A stretch of DNA of 64,000 nt from Eledone cirrhosa (taxonomy: Eukaryota): the NCBI GenBank assembly GCA_964016885.1, contig OZ024740.1, forward strand, positions 435,612,001-435,676,000, given 5' to 3'. The notes beneath the pieces are model-generated. The model made no database searches. It had not been told where the DNA came from and saw only the letters and a list, made by a program, of their open reading frames with translations. Numbering within the stretch: position 1 is the stretch's first letter; the number at the start of each line of letters is the position of its first letter. The position numbers and the translations under genes were made by a program. This document shows positions 39,293-53,339 of this stretch, one piece after another.

Positions 39293-39320
39293 TGTATATA
39301 CACATATATATATATGTATA

Positions 39321-39364
<44 letters not shown>

Positions 39365-39870
39365 CAAACTAGAACTTTACTCTTAGCCAGGTTAATTTTA
39401 AGGCCTTTTGATTCTAGGCCGTGCTTCCATGTTTGGAATTTCTTCTCTAGCTCGGCCATTGATTCAGCTATGAGTGTCAGGTCGTCTGCGTATAGGAGTT
39501 CCCATCGGCATAGTTACTCCTATCTAGGGCATCTCCTTTAGTTGTGCTATTACTTTTTCCGTGACCTTCATGACCTGGTCGATTAATTTAATGCCTCTAT
39601 AGTTACTCCTATCTAGGGCATCTCCTTTACCCTTATAACAGTTAACGATGATGCTGCTATGCCAGTCCTTCGGAACAACCCCATTCTGTACGACTTGTTT
39701 AACTATCCAGGTGACCATAGTGTGTCCCACCGTGCCAGATGCCTTCAGCATCTCAGCAACTATTTCCGAAGGCCCAGCCGCCTTACCCGTCTTCATATCT
39801 TTGATTGCCTTACTTATTATACTACCCTCGACTAACACTGTTGGTCCCTCTATTGGGTCGATGTGGGGGA
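39365..39870 (-). mobile_element. Rearranged partial duplicate of the RTE at 37124-37990
   Basis: 39365-39505 matches ~37124-37265; 39538-39870 matches ~37656-37988; same 5' end cgatgtggggga next to (TA)n. Confidence 0.9.
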
Positions 39871-39901
39871 ATATATATATATGTATATATACATATATAT
39901 A

Positions 39902-40058
<157 letters not shown>

Positions 40059-40292
40059 CTTCAAAGCCAGCAATTTTGGGTGGAAGTTGATTATATAAAA
40101 TCCATTACTTGACTTATCTCTCTGTCTATCTATTACTCCCTGTTGTCTATCTATGTCTGTCTACCCCTCTATCTATCTCTCTGTCTATCTATGTCTGTCT
40201 ACCCCTCTATCCGCCCACCCTCCCCTTCCATCATCAGTGTTCATTTTTACATTATTCATCGTTTAGAGTTTTGGATAAATCTCTAGATTAAT

Positions 40293-42056
40293 GTATAACC
40301 TATACACCAGATATAGTCAGTAGGTAGATACTAGTTGTATAACCTATACACCAGATATAGTCAGTAGGTAGATACTAGTTGTATAACCTATACACCAGAT
40401 ATAGTCAGTAGGTAGATACTAGTTGTATAACCTATACACCAGATATAGTCAGTAGGTAGATACTAGTTGTATAACCTATACACCAGATATAGTCAGTAGG
40501 TATGTACTAGTTGTATAACCTATACACCAGATATAGTCAGTAGGTAGATACTAGTTGTATAACCTATACACCAGATATAGTCAGTAGGTAGATACTAGTT
40601 CTATAACCTATACACCAGATATAATCAGTAGGTAGATACTAGTTCTATAACCTATACACCAGATATAGTCAGTAGGTATGTACTAGTTCTATAACCTATA
40701 CACCAGATATAGTCAGTAGGTAGATACTAGTTGTATAACCTATACACCAGATATAGTCAGTAGGTAGATACTAGTTGTATAACCTATACACCAGATATAG
40801 TCAGTAGGTAGATACTAGTTCTATAACCTATACACCAGATATAGTCAGTAGGTAGATACTAGTTGTATAACCTATACACCAGATATAGTCAGTAGGTATG
40901 TACTAGTTCTATAACCTATACACCAGATATAGTCAGTAGGTAGATACTAGTTGTATAACCTATACACCAGATATAGTCAGTAGGTAGATACTAGTTGTAT
41001 AACCTATACACCAGATATAGTCAGTAGGTATGTACTAGTTCTATAACCTATACACCAGATATAGTCAGTAGGTAGATACTAGTTGTATAACCTATACACC
41101 AGATATAGTCAGTAGGTAGATACTAGTTGTATAACCTATACACCAGATATAGTCAGTAGGTAGATACTAGTTGTATAACCTATACACCAGATATAGTCAG
41201 TAGGTAGATACTAGTTGTATAACCTATACACCAGATATAGTCAGTAGGTAGATACTAGTTGTATAACCTATACACCAGATATAGTCAGTAGGTAGATACT
41301 AGTTGTATAACCTATACACCAGATATAGTCAGTAGGTAGATACTAGTTGTATAACCTATACACCAGATATAGTCAGTAGGTAGATACTAGTTGTATAACC
41401 TATACACCAGATATAGTCAGTAGGTAGATACTAGTTGTATAACCTATACACCAGATATAGTCAGTAGGTATGTACTAGTTCTATAACCTATACACCAGAT
41501 ATAGTCAGTAGGTAGATACTAGTTGTATAACCTATACACCAGATATAATCAGTAGGTAGATACTAGTTCTATAACCTATACACCAGATATAGTTAGTAGG
41601 TAGATACTAGTTGTATAACCTATACACCAGATATAGTCAGTAGGTAGATACTAGTTGTATAACCTATACACCAGATATAGTCAGTAGGTAGATACTAGTT
41701 CTATAACCTATACACCAGATATAGTCAGTAGGTAGATACTAGTTCTATAACCTATACACCAGATATAGTCAGTAGGTAGATACTAGTTCTATAACCTATA
41801 CACCAGATATAGTCAGTAGGTAGATACTAGTTCTATAACCTATACACCAGATATAGTCAGTAGGTAGATACTAGTTCTATAACCTATACACCAGATATAA
41901 TCAGTAGGTAGATACTAGTTCTATAACCTATACACCAGATATAGTCAGTAGGTAGATACTAGTTCTATAACCTATACACCAGATATAGTCAGTAGGTAGA
42001 TACTAGTTCTATAACCTATACACCAGATATAGTCAGTAGGTAGATACTAGTTCTAT
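40293..42056. repeat. 44-bp minisatellite, ~40 copies
   Basis: Unit gtataacctatacaccagatatagtcagtaggtagatactagtt. Confidence 0.95.
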
Positions 42057-42464
42057 ATTGTATGTAACATTGTTTGTGTTTCAAAATACTTCAATTTATT
42101 TTTATTTCTATTTTCATTCTGTTGGTAGCTTCCAAATTCTATTGAACACACCACCACTGTTGAAGTTTATAAACCATTTAAATAGTCTATTATTTGGTCT
42201 TCAAATAGAATACTTAAGCATTCTAGTGTATCTAGTTTGTCTGAGACCAGCCAAACATCTACGATAGATCTTACTAGAAGTAGGGGCAGTGCATTTGCTA
42301 TTTAAATACCTTGTTAATGTATTTATTGCATTTACTGCAGAAACATATGGATTTTGTGGTGGCAATATATTTGTTTTGATATGAAATTGTGTGTTGAAAC
42401 AAATATTGTTATATTTAGTAAGGGTCATGCCTTAATATTGCCAAAAATAATAGTAAAACACACT

Positions 42465-42770
42465 GACTGGTTTGGTTTGGTTTTTCCTTTAGTATATTTT
42501 TATATTTCTATAAATAATTTAGCTGGCAATCAATGTTTATCATTGATTGACCAACAGTTAAAATTATAAATATGAATATAATTGACAATGGGAGGAAATC
42601 TCTGAAGATGTCACAAAATAAATGTTTGGCAAAAGAACTTTGAGAACCTTTGAGAAATTATATTTATATTTATAATTTTAACTGTTGGTCAATCAATGAT
42701 TAACATTGATTGTCAGCTAAATTATTTATAAAAATATAAAAAAACATACTGAACTGAACCAAACAGTATG
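42465..42770. repeat. Inverted repeat/foldback (arms ~42465-42583 and ~42656-42770)
   Basis: ataaataatttagctggcaatcaatgtttatcattgattgaccaacagttaaaattataaatat versus atatttataattttaactgttggtcaatcaatgattaacattgattgtcagctaaattatttat. Confidence 0.85.
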
Positions 42771-42779
42771 TTCCATGAT

Positions 42780-42962
42780 GCTTTGCAGCATAGAGTTACG
42801 GCCCTTTAGGTCTGGGTTCAAATCCCACCGAGTTTAGCTTTGCCTTTCATCCTTACAGAGTCAATAAAATAAAGTACCAGTAATGCACTGGGGTCAATCT
42901 AATCAACTTTCCCCTTCCCTTCAAATTATTGGCCTTGTGCCTAAAGTAGAAACAATTATTTT
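42780..42962 (+). mobile_element. SINE family B
   Basis: gggttcaaatcccaccgag...ttgcctttcatcc...aataaaataaagtaccagtaatgcactgggg...ggccttgtgcctaaagtagaaacaattatt. Confidence 0.8.
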
Positions 42963-43627
42963 TGGCAATATATGGACAATATGGCCCTCCCCAAATATAA
43001 CAATATGGACCTCCCCAAATATAACAATATGGATTTTTAAAAATATTTCTTCACATCTATTTTATCTTAAATAAATGCATTCAGCTAGTGGTTAAGTGGT
43101 CAGCTTACTAGACACAATAGCCAAATGTCCCTCAACCTCTACCATTTAATGAAAGGTAGATAATGTTCTGTGCAGTTCCAGAAGATAGTTGATGACTAGT
43201 CAGACCTTTCAATGAAAGGTCCACCTGTTTTATTAGTAACACTGGTCTGAAGAATCTTATAGCTTCTATTTTACAGACAAGCATCATACACAAAATTCCT
43301 GTCTTATAAATGACATAATCACTAAATTAGGGGGAACAGGGGAACATCTGGCTTTTAGAACATAACAGGATTTACTATTTATCACAATATTTATCTATCA
43401 TGTCACCAAGTAAACCCTGGGACAACTTTAAACACCTTAAGTTTGTATGTGTGTGTGTGTGCATCTGTGTGTGTCTGTGTCCATTTGTATTGTCTGTGTG
43501 TGTCTGTGTCCATTTGTGTGTGCGTATATTTGTTTGTGTGTCTGTCCATTTGTGTGTGTGTTGTATCTCTTAATCTGATCAATATGGCAACTATTCAATA
43601 CATGAAAGATTGCTTTTGTGTAAAAAT

Positions 43628-46100
43628 TGGACATGTAATACCACACTTTACATCTGGACATGTAATACCACACTTTATATCTGGACATGTAATACCTCAC
43701 TTTATATCTGGACATGTAATACCTCACTTTACATCTGGACATGTAATACAACACTTTACATCTGGACATCTAATACCTCACTTTACATCTGGACATGTAA
43801 TACCTCAATTTACATCTGGACATGTAATACCACACTTTACATCTGGACATGTAATACCACACTTTACATCTGGACATGTAATACCACACTTTACATCTGG
43901 ACATGTAATACCACACTTTATATCTGGACATGTAATACCTCACTTTACATCTGGACATGTAATACCACACTTTACATCTGGACATGTAATACCTCACTTT
44001 ACATCTGGACATGTAATACCACACTATATCTGGACATGTAATACCTCACTTTACATCTGGACATGTAATACCACACTTTACATCTGGACATGTAATACCA
44101 CACTTTACATCTGGACATGTAATACCACACTTTACATCTGGACATGTAATACCACACTTTACATCTGGACTTGTAATACCACACTTTACATCTGGACATG
44201 TAATACCACACTTTACATCTGGACATGTAATACCACACTTTATATCTGGACATGTAATACCACACTTTACATCTGGACATGTAATACCTCACTTTACAGC
44301 TCGACATGTAATACCTCACTTTACATCTGGACATGTAATAGCTCACTTTACATCTGGACATGTAATAGCTCACTTTACATCTGCACATGTAATACCTCAC
44401 TTTACATCTGGACATGTAATACCTCACTTTACATCTCGACATGTAATACCTCACTTTACATCTGGACATGTAATACCAGACTTTACATCTGGACATGTAA
44501 TACCACACTTTACAGCTCGACATGTAATACCTCACTTTACATCTGCACATGTAATACCACACTTTACATCTGGACATGTAATACCACACTTTACATCTGG
44601 ACATGTAATACCACACTTTACATCTGGACATGTAATACCACACTTTACATCTGGATATGTAATACCACACTTTACATCTGGACATGTAATACCACACTTT
44701 ACATCTGGACATCTAATACCTCACTTTATATCTGGACATGTAATACCTCACTTTACATCTGGACATGTAATACCACACTTTACATCTGGACATGTAATAC
44801 CACACTTTACATCTGGACATGTAATACCTCACTTTACATCTGGACATGTAATACCAGTCTTTACATCTGGACATGTAATACCACACTTTACAGCTCGACA
44901 TGTAATACCTCACTTTACATCTGGACTTGTAATACCACACTTTACATCTGGACATGTAATACCTCACTTTACATCTGGACATGTAATACCACATTTTATA
45001 TCTGGACATGTAATACCACACTTTACATCTGGAAATGTAATACCTCACTTTACAGCTCGACATGTAATACCTCACTTTACATCTGGACATGTAATACCTC
45101 ACTTTACATCTGGACATGTAATACCTCACTTTACATCTGCACATGTAATACCTCACTTTACATCTGCACATGTAATACCACACTTTACATCTGGACATGT
45201 AATACCACACTTTACATCTGGACATGTAATACCACACTTTACATCTGGACATGTAATACCACACTTTACATCTGGACATGTAATACCACACTTTACATCT
45301 GGACATGTAATACATCACTTTACATCTGGACATGTAATACCACACTTTACATCTGGACATGTAATACCACACTTTACATCTGGACATCTAATACCTCACT
45401 TTATATCTGGACATGTAATACCTCAATTTACATCTGGACATGTAATACCACACTTTACATCTGGACATGTAATACCACACTTTATATCTGGACATGTAAT
45501 ACCACACTTTATATCTGGACATGTAATACCACACTTTTCATCTGGACATGTAATACCACACTTTACATCTGGACATGTAATACCACACTTTACATCTGGA
45601 CATGTAATACCACACTTTACATCTGGACATGTAATACCACACTTTACATCTGGACATCTAATACCTCACTTTATATCTGGACATGTAATACCTCAATTTA
45701 CATCTGGACATGTAATACCACACTTTACATCTGGACATGTAATACCACACTTTACATCTGGACATGTAATACCACACTTTACATCTGGACATCTAATACC
45801 TCACTTTATATCTGGACATGTAATACCTCAATTTACATCTGGACATGTAATACCACACTTTACATCTGGACATGTAATACCACACTTTACATCTGGACAT
45901 GTAATACCTCACTTTACATCTGGACATGTAATACCTCACTTTACATCTGGACATGTAATACCTCACTTTACATCTGGACATGTAATACCACACTTTACAT
46001 CTGGACATGTAATACCACACTTTACATCTGGACATGTAATAGCTCACTTTATATCTGGACATGTAATACCACACTTTACATCTGGACATGTAATACCTCC
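43628..46100. repeat. 27-bp minisatellite, ~92 copies
   Basis: Unit tggacatgtaataccacactttacatc. Confidence 0.95.
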
Positions 46101-46140
46101 CTTTATATAAGCTGTCCCGATTAAATATTACCTGTAATAA

Positions 46141-46360
46141 TGGTTTCTACTTTAGGCACAAGGACAGCAATTTGGGGGTAAGAGTAAGTCAATTAAACTG
46201 ATCCCAGTACGTTACTGGTACTTTATTTTATCGTCTCCGTAAGGATGAAAAGCAAAGCTAACCTCTGTGGGATTTGAACTCAGGACGTAAAGAGCCTTAA
46301 CTCTTTGCTATAAAGCATGTTGTCCGATGCTCCACCTATACTGCCAATCCCCTGCCCTAG
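46141..46360 (-). mobile_element. Full-length SINE family B with 15-bp target-site duplication
   Basis: tattacctgtaataa at 46126-46140 and 46361-46375; ggatttgaactc (reverse B-box), ctgccaat head. Confidence 0.85.
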
Positions 46361-46987
46361 TATTACCTGTAATAACAGACTGGCTATATATATTCTACAG
46401 AGGCAGGTGTATTGTGTTATTACCTGTAATAACAGCCTGGCTATATATATTCTACAGAGACAGGTGTATTGTGTTATTACCTGTAATAACAGCCTGGCTA
46501 TATATATTCTACAGAGACAGGTGTATTGTGTTATTACCTGTAATAACAGACTGGCTATATATATTCTACAGAGGCAGGTGTATTGTGTTATTACCTGTAA
46601 TAACAAATTGGCTATATATATTCTACAGAGGCAGGTGTATTGTGTTATTACCTGTAATAACAAACTGGCTATATATATTCTACAGAGGCAGGTGTATTGT
46701 GTTATTACCTGTAATAACAGCCTGGCTATATATATTCTACAGAGACAGGTGTATTGTGTTATTACCTGTAATAACAGACTGGCTATATATATTCTACAGA
46801 GGCAGGTGTATTGTGTTATTACCTGTAATAACAGCCTGGCTATATATATTCTACAGAGGCAGGTGTATTGTGTTATTACCTGTAATAACAGCCTGGCTAT
46901 ATATATTCTACAGAGACAGGTGTATTGTGTTATTACCTGTAATAACAAACTAGCTATATATATTCTACAGAGGCAGGTATATTGTGT
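46361..46987. repeat. 57-bp minisatellite, ~11 copies
   Basis: Unit tattacctgtaataacagcctggctatatatattctacagaggcaggtgtattgtgt. Confidence 0.95.
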
Positions 46988-47043
46988 TTGCTTTCAGTTT
47001 TCAAATCTTCTCTTCAATAAGTTGTGTTGATAGAACAGAAAAT

Positions 47044-47298
47044 AAGGCTATGTTGTTAGAACTTGTACCATAACCCCCCAACACAAGGCTATGTTGTTAG
47101 AACTTGTACCATAACCCCCCAACACGAGGCTATGTTGTTAGAACTTGTACCATAACCCCCCAACACAAGGCTATGTTGTTAGAACTTGTATCATAACCCC
47201 TAAAATAAGGTCAGGTTGTTAGAACTTGTATCATAACCCCCAAAATAAGACCATGTTGTTAGAACTTGTATCATAACCACCAAAATAAGGTCAGGTTG
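47044..47298. repeat. 40-41-bp minisatellite, ~6 copies
   Basis: Unit aaggctatgttgttagaacttgtaccataacccccaacac. Confidence 0.85.
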
Positions 47299-47865
47299 TG
47301 TTGGGTTACATGGTACCAGTAGCAGACATAAGCCTGACCTGACCATACTAGGGTTTGGTGGAGGAGCTGGTTTAGTCACTCCACCATGAAGCAGGTTCTA
47401 CTGAGTTACATGGTACCAGTAGCAGACCTATCAATACTTTTCTGTGTTAGGGAGACTACTCAGACTAGAATATTTGTTTTATTATATTTTAAAATAATAT
47501 TACTCTTGTCTTATATAAAGAAAGAGTCATGAGAATGTCAGATAGCTTTGTGTTATTAGTTCCAGCTCTTTGCTCTCTCAGTTCAAATCCTGCCGAGGTC
47601 AATAAAAAAGAACCTCTCAAGTACTTCCTCTTCCTTCTTCTCCTTTCTTCTGTCTTCTGTTATGTTGTAAAGTTCATGTCTTTATCAAAATTAATTTAAC
47701 AAAACACAGAAAATCTAGTGAAGTTATATATTGAGTCCTACTTTTCACATTAGTTTTTACTATCTTTTGCTAGATTTTGGTTTTTATTTCCATTCCAGTA
47801 TAGATTGGACAGGTTACCATCTAAGACTAGACTGCTGTTGATTTTTTTAATTCCATATTTAGCAG

Positions 47866-50800
47866 AGTTTCTGTGGTTGAGTGCCGTTCCAGGAGTCATT
47901 GGCATCCTTTCTATGACTGGATACCCTTCCAGGAGTCATAAGGACAGTTTCTGTGACTGGATACCCTTCCAGGAGTCATAAGGACAGTTTCTGTGACTGG
48001 ATACCCTTCCAGGAGTCATAAGGACAGTTTCTGTGACTGGATACCCTTCCAGGAGTCATAAGGACAGTTTCTGTGACTGGATACCCTTCCAGGAGTCATA
48101 AGGACAGTTTCTATAACTGGATACCCTTCCACGAGTCACAAGGACAGTTTCTATGACTGGATACCCTTCCAGGAGTCATAAGGACAGTTTCAGTGGCTGG
48201 ATACCCTTCCAGGAGTCATAAGGGCAGTTTCTGTGACTGGATACCCTTCCAGGAGTCATAAGGACAGTTTCAGTGACTGTATACCCTTCCAGGAGTCATA
48301 AGCACGGTTTCTGTGACTGGATACCCTTCCAGGAGTCATAAGCACGGTTTCTGTGACTGGATACCCTTCCAGGAGTCATAAGGACAGTTTCAGTGGCTGG
48401 ATACCCTTCCAGGAGTCATAAGGACAGTTTCTGTGACTGGATACCCTTCCAGGAGTCATAAGGACAGTTTCAGTGACTGGATACCCTTCTAGGAGTCATA
48501 AGGACTGTTTCTATGGCTGGATACCCTTCCAGGAGTCATAAGGACAGTTTCTATGACTGGATACCCTTCCAGGAGTCATAAGGACAGTTTCTATGGCTGG
48601 ATACCCTTCCAGGAGTCATAAGGACAGTTTCTGTGACTGGATACCCTTCCAGGAGTCATAAGCACGGTTTCTGTGACTGGATACCCTTCCAGGAGTCATA
48701 AGGACAGTTTCAGTGGCTGGATACCCTTTCAGGAGTCATAAGGACAGTTTCTGTGACTGGATACCCTTCCAGGAGTCTTAAGGACTGTTTCTATGGCTGG
48801 ATACCCTTCCAGGATTCATAAGGACAGTTTATGTGACTGGATACGCTTCCAGGCGTCATAAGGACAGTTTCTGTGACTGGATACCCTTCCAGGAGTCATA
48901 AGGACAGTTTCTGTGACTGGATACCCTTCCAGGAGTCATAAGGACAGTTTCTGTGACTGGATACCCTTCCAGGAGTCATAAGGACAGTTTCTGTGACTGG
49001 ATACCCTTCCAGGAGTCATAAGGACAGTTTCTGTGACTGGATACCCTTCCAGGAGTCATAAGGACAGTTTCTATAACTGGATACCCTTCCAGGAGTCATA
49101 AGGACAGTTTCAGTGGCTGGATACCCTTCCAGGAGTCATAAGGACAGTTTCTGTGACTGGATACCCTTCTAGGAGTCATAAGGGCAGTTTCTGTGACTGG
49201 ATACCCTTCCAGGAGTCATAAGGACAGTTTCAGTGACTGGATACCCTTCCAGGAGTCATAAGGACAGTTTCAGTGACTGTATACCCTTCCAGGAGTCATA
49301 AGGACTGTTTCTGTGACTGTATACCCTTCCAGGAGTCATAAGGACAGTTTCAGTGGCTGGATACCCTTCCAGGAGTCATAAGGACAGTTTCTGTGACTGG
49401 ATACCCTTCCAGGAGTCATAAGGACAGTTTCAGTGACTGTATACCCTTCCAGGAGTCATAAGGACAGTTTCTATGACTGGATACCCTTCCAGGAGTTATA
49501 AGGACAGTTTCTGTGACTGGATACCCTTCCAGGAGTCATAAGCACGGTTTCTGTGACTGGATACCCTTCCAGGAGTCATAAGGACAGTTTCAGTGGCTGG
49601 ATACCCTTCCAGGAGTCATAAGCACGGTTTCTGTGACTGGATACCCTTCCAGGAGTCATAAGGACAGTTTCAGTGGCTGGATACCCTTCCAGGAGTCATA
49701 AGGACAGTTTCTGTGACTGGATACCCTTCCAGGAGTCATAAGGACAGTTTCAGTGACTGGATACCCTTCTAGGAGTCATAAGGACTGTTTCTATGGCTGG
49801 ATACCCTTCCAGGAGTCATAAGGACAGTTTATGTGACTGGATACCCTTCCAGGCGTCATAAAGACAGTTTCTGTGACTGGATACCCTTCCAGGAGTCATA
49901 AGGACAGTTTCTATGACTGGATACCCTTCCAGGAGTCATAAGGACAGTTTCTGTGACTGGATACCCTTCCAGGAGTCATAAGGACAGTTTCTATGGCTGG
50001 ATACCCTTCCAGGAGTCATAAGGACAGTTTCTGTGGCTGGATACCCTTCCAGGAGTCATAAGGACAGTTTCTGTGACTGGATACCCTTCCAGGAGTCATA
50101 AGGACAGTTTCTATGGCTGGATACCCTTCCAGGAGTCATAAGGACAGTTTCAGTGACTGTATACCCTTCCAGGAGTCATAAGGACAGTTTCTGTGACTGG
50201 ATACCCTTCCAGGAGTCATGAGGACAGTTTCTGTGGCTGGATACCCTTCCAGGAGTCATAAGGACAGTTTCTGTGACTGGATACCCTTCCAGGAGTCATA
50301 AGGACAGTTTCTATGGCTGGATACCCTTCCAGGAGTCATAAGGACAGTTTCTGTGGCTGGATACCCTTCCAGGAGTCATAAGGACAGTTTCTGTGGCTGG
50401 ATACCCTTCCAGGAGTCATAAGGACAGTTTCTGTGGCTGGATACCCTTCCAGGAGTCATAAGGACAGTTTCTGTGGCTGGATACCCTTCCAGGAGTCATA
50501 AGGACATTTTCTGTGGCTGGATACCCTTCCAGGAGTCATAAGGACAGTTTCTGTGGCTGGATACCCTTCCAGGAGTCATAAGGACAGTTTCTGTGACTGG
50601 ATACCCTTCCAGGAGTCATAAGGACAGTTTCTATGGCTGGATACCCTTCCAGGAGTCATAAGGACAGTTTCTGTGACTGGATACCCTTCCAGGAGTCATA
50701 AGGACAGTTTCTGTGGCTGGATACCCTTCCAGGAGTCATAAGGACAGTTTCTGTGACTGGATACCCTTCCAGGAGTCATAAGGACAGTTTCTGTGGCTGG

Positions 50801-50930
50801 ATACCCTTCCAGGAGTCATAAGGACAGTTTCTGTGACTGGATACCCTTCCAGGAGTCATAAGGACAGTTTCTGTGGCTGGATACCCTTCCAGGAGTCATA
50901 AGGACAGTTTCTGTGACTGGATACCCTTCA
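47866..50930. repeat. 40-bp minisatellite, ~76 copies
   Basis: Unit ctggatacccttccaggagtcataaggacagtttctgtga. Confidence 0.95.
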
Positions 50931-50954
50931 GTGGTAAACGAAGCCAAAATACAA

Positions 50955-51050
50955 ATCTGTATGAGCAAGATGTTCTCACTGGACCTTGTTATAACGTAGC
51001 AACCCATCCAACCCATGTAAGTGTGGAAAAATAGATATTTGATGATGAGG
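50955..51050 (+). mobile_element. Family D SINE 3' end (RTE-type tail)
   Basis: tctgtatgagcaagatg...ccatccaacccatgtaagtgtggaaaaatagatatttgatgatg. Confidence 0.6.
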
Positions 51051-51399
51051 AGGAATGTGTGTGTTTAATCAATATTTATTGATTTATAGATCTTAAGAAA
51101 TATAAACAGAGACCCGAAGCTCTTAAGAGGACATATCTTTTAATGGAGCAATCCTGTTTTCCAGCTAACCATTATTGTTCACCTTTTAACCAGCGGAAGT
51201 TGAGGACCTTACCAATATTTTACTGTTCCAAAACTGGTTAATACAGTGTTGACTGACATTGTTTAGTGTGGGGTGGGGTGGATAGGTTGGGGTGGGGTGA
51301 TGGTGCTGGGAGTGTGTTGGAGATGGTGATGGAAGGGGTTGTGTGATGCTGTAGATTGTTGTGTTGTGTGGTGCTGGAGATAGTGGTGTAGATGGTACT

Positions 51400-53100
51400 G
51401 AGCTGTGGTGGTGGAGACGGTGGTGTAGATGGTTGTGTGGCGGTGTGTGGTGGAGATGGTGGTGTAGTGATGTGTAGTGGTGTGTGGTGGAGATGGTGGT
51501 GTGGTGGTGTAGTGGTGTGTGGTGGAGATGGTGGTGTAGTGGTGTGGTGATGTGTGGTGGAGATGGTGGTGTAGTGATGTGTAGTGGAGATGGTGGTGTA
51601 GTGGTGTGTGGTGGAGATGGTGGTGTAGTGGTGTGTGGTGGAGATGGTGCTGTGGGGTTGTGGTGTGGTGGAGATGGTGGTGTAGTGGAGATGGTGGTGT
51701 GTGGTGGAGATGGTGGTGTGGTGGAGATGGTGGTGTAGTGGTGTGTGGTGGAGATGGTGGTGTAGTGGTGTGGTGGAGATGGTGCTGTGGGGTTGTGGTG
51801 TGGTGGAGATGGTGGTGTAGTGTTGTGGTGGAGATGGTGCTGTGGGGTTGTGGTGTGGTGGAGATGGTGGTGTAGTGGTGTGTGGTGGAGATGGTGCTGT
51901 GGGGTTGTGGTGTGGTGGAGATGGTGGTGTAGTGGTGTGGTGTGGTGGAGATGGTGGTGTAGTGGTGTGTGGTGGAGATGGTGCTGTGGGGTTGTGGTGT
52001 GGTGGAGATGGTGGTGTGTGGTGGAGATGGTGCTGTGGGGTTGTGGTGTGGTGGAGATGGTGGTGTAGTGGTGTGGTGGAGATGGTGCTGTGGGGTTGTG
52101 GTGTGGTGGAGATGGTGGTGTAGTGGTATGGTGGAGATGGTGCTGTGGGGTTGTGGTGGAGATGGTGGTGTAGTGGTGTGTGGTGGAGATGGTGCTGTGG
52201 GGTTGTGGTGTGGTGGAGATGGTGGTGTAGTGGTGTGGTGGAGATGGTGCTGTGGGGTTGTGGAGATGGTGGTGTAGTGGTATGGTGGAGATGGTGCTGT
52301 GGGGTTGTGGTGGAGATGGTGGTGTAGTGGTGTGTGGTGGAGATGGTGCTGTGGGGTTGTGGTGTGGTGGAGATGGTGGTGTAGTGGTGTGTGGTGGAGA
52401 TGGTGTGGTGGAGATGGTGCTGTGGGGTTGTGGTGTGGTGGAGATGGTGCTGTGGAGTTGTGGTGGAGATGGTGTGTGGTGGAGATGGTGCTGTGGGGTT
52501 GTGGTGTGGTGGAGATGGTGGTGTAGTGGTGTGTGGTGGAGATGGTGGTGTAGTGGTGTGTGGTGGAGATGGTGGTGTAGTGGTGTGGTGGAGATGGTGC
52601 TGTGGGGTTGTGGTGTGGTGGAGATGGTGGTGTAGTGGTGTGTGGTGGAGATGGTGGTGTAGTGGTGTGTGGTGGAGATGGTGCTGTGGGGTTGTGGTGT
52701 GGTGGAGATGGTGGTGTAGTGGTGTGTGGTGGAGATGGTGCTGTGGGGTTGTGGAGATGGTGGTGTAGTGGTGTGGTGGAGATGGTGCTGTGGAGTTGTG
52801 GTGTGGTGGAGATGGTGGTGTAGTGGTGTGGTGGAGATGGTGCAGTGGCGTTGTGGTGTGGTGGAGATGGTGGTGTAGTGTTGTGGTGGAGATGGTGCTG
52901 TGGGGTTGTGGTGTGGTGGAGATGGTGGTGTAGTGGTGTGGTGGAGATGGTGCTGTGGGGTTGTGGTGTGGTGGAGATGGTGGTGTAGTTGTGTGGTGGA
53001 GATGGTGCTGTGGGGTTGTGGTGTGGTGGAGATGGTGGTGTAGTGGTGTGGTGGAGATGGTGCTGTGGGGTTGTGGTGTGGTGGTGGTGGTAGAGGTGGT
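51400..53100 (+). repeat. Complex (GGT)-based satellite
   Basis: Shuffled modules ggtggagatggtggtgtagtggtgt and ggtggagatggtgctgtggggttgtggtgt. Confidence 0.9.
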
Positions 53101-53339
53101 GCTACACTCTAGCAGGACAGTCAATAAACCTATATTATATGTAAACAGAATTTTTACCTTAATGACTTTCAATTTCCTCTTCATTAAAAATCAATTTCTG
53201 TTATTGCCATACCCCCCTCCCCACCTCTGTTACCCACCACCATCACCACCACTACCATTGCCATCACCATCACCACCACCATTACCACCGCAGCCATTAC
53301 CACCACCACCACCATCACCAGTTTTATATATAATAAAAT

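Noticed and set aside
43443-47030. Cys/Trp-rich repeat ORFs (WTCNTTLYI and others)
   Set aside because: Products of 27- and 57-bp minisatellites, open on both strands by chance.
51238-53184. 648-aa His/Pro/Thr ORF resembling His-rich beak proteins
   Set aside because: Frame-shuffling (CCA)n-type satellite; no signal peptide or stable reading pattern.
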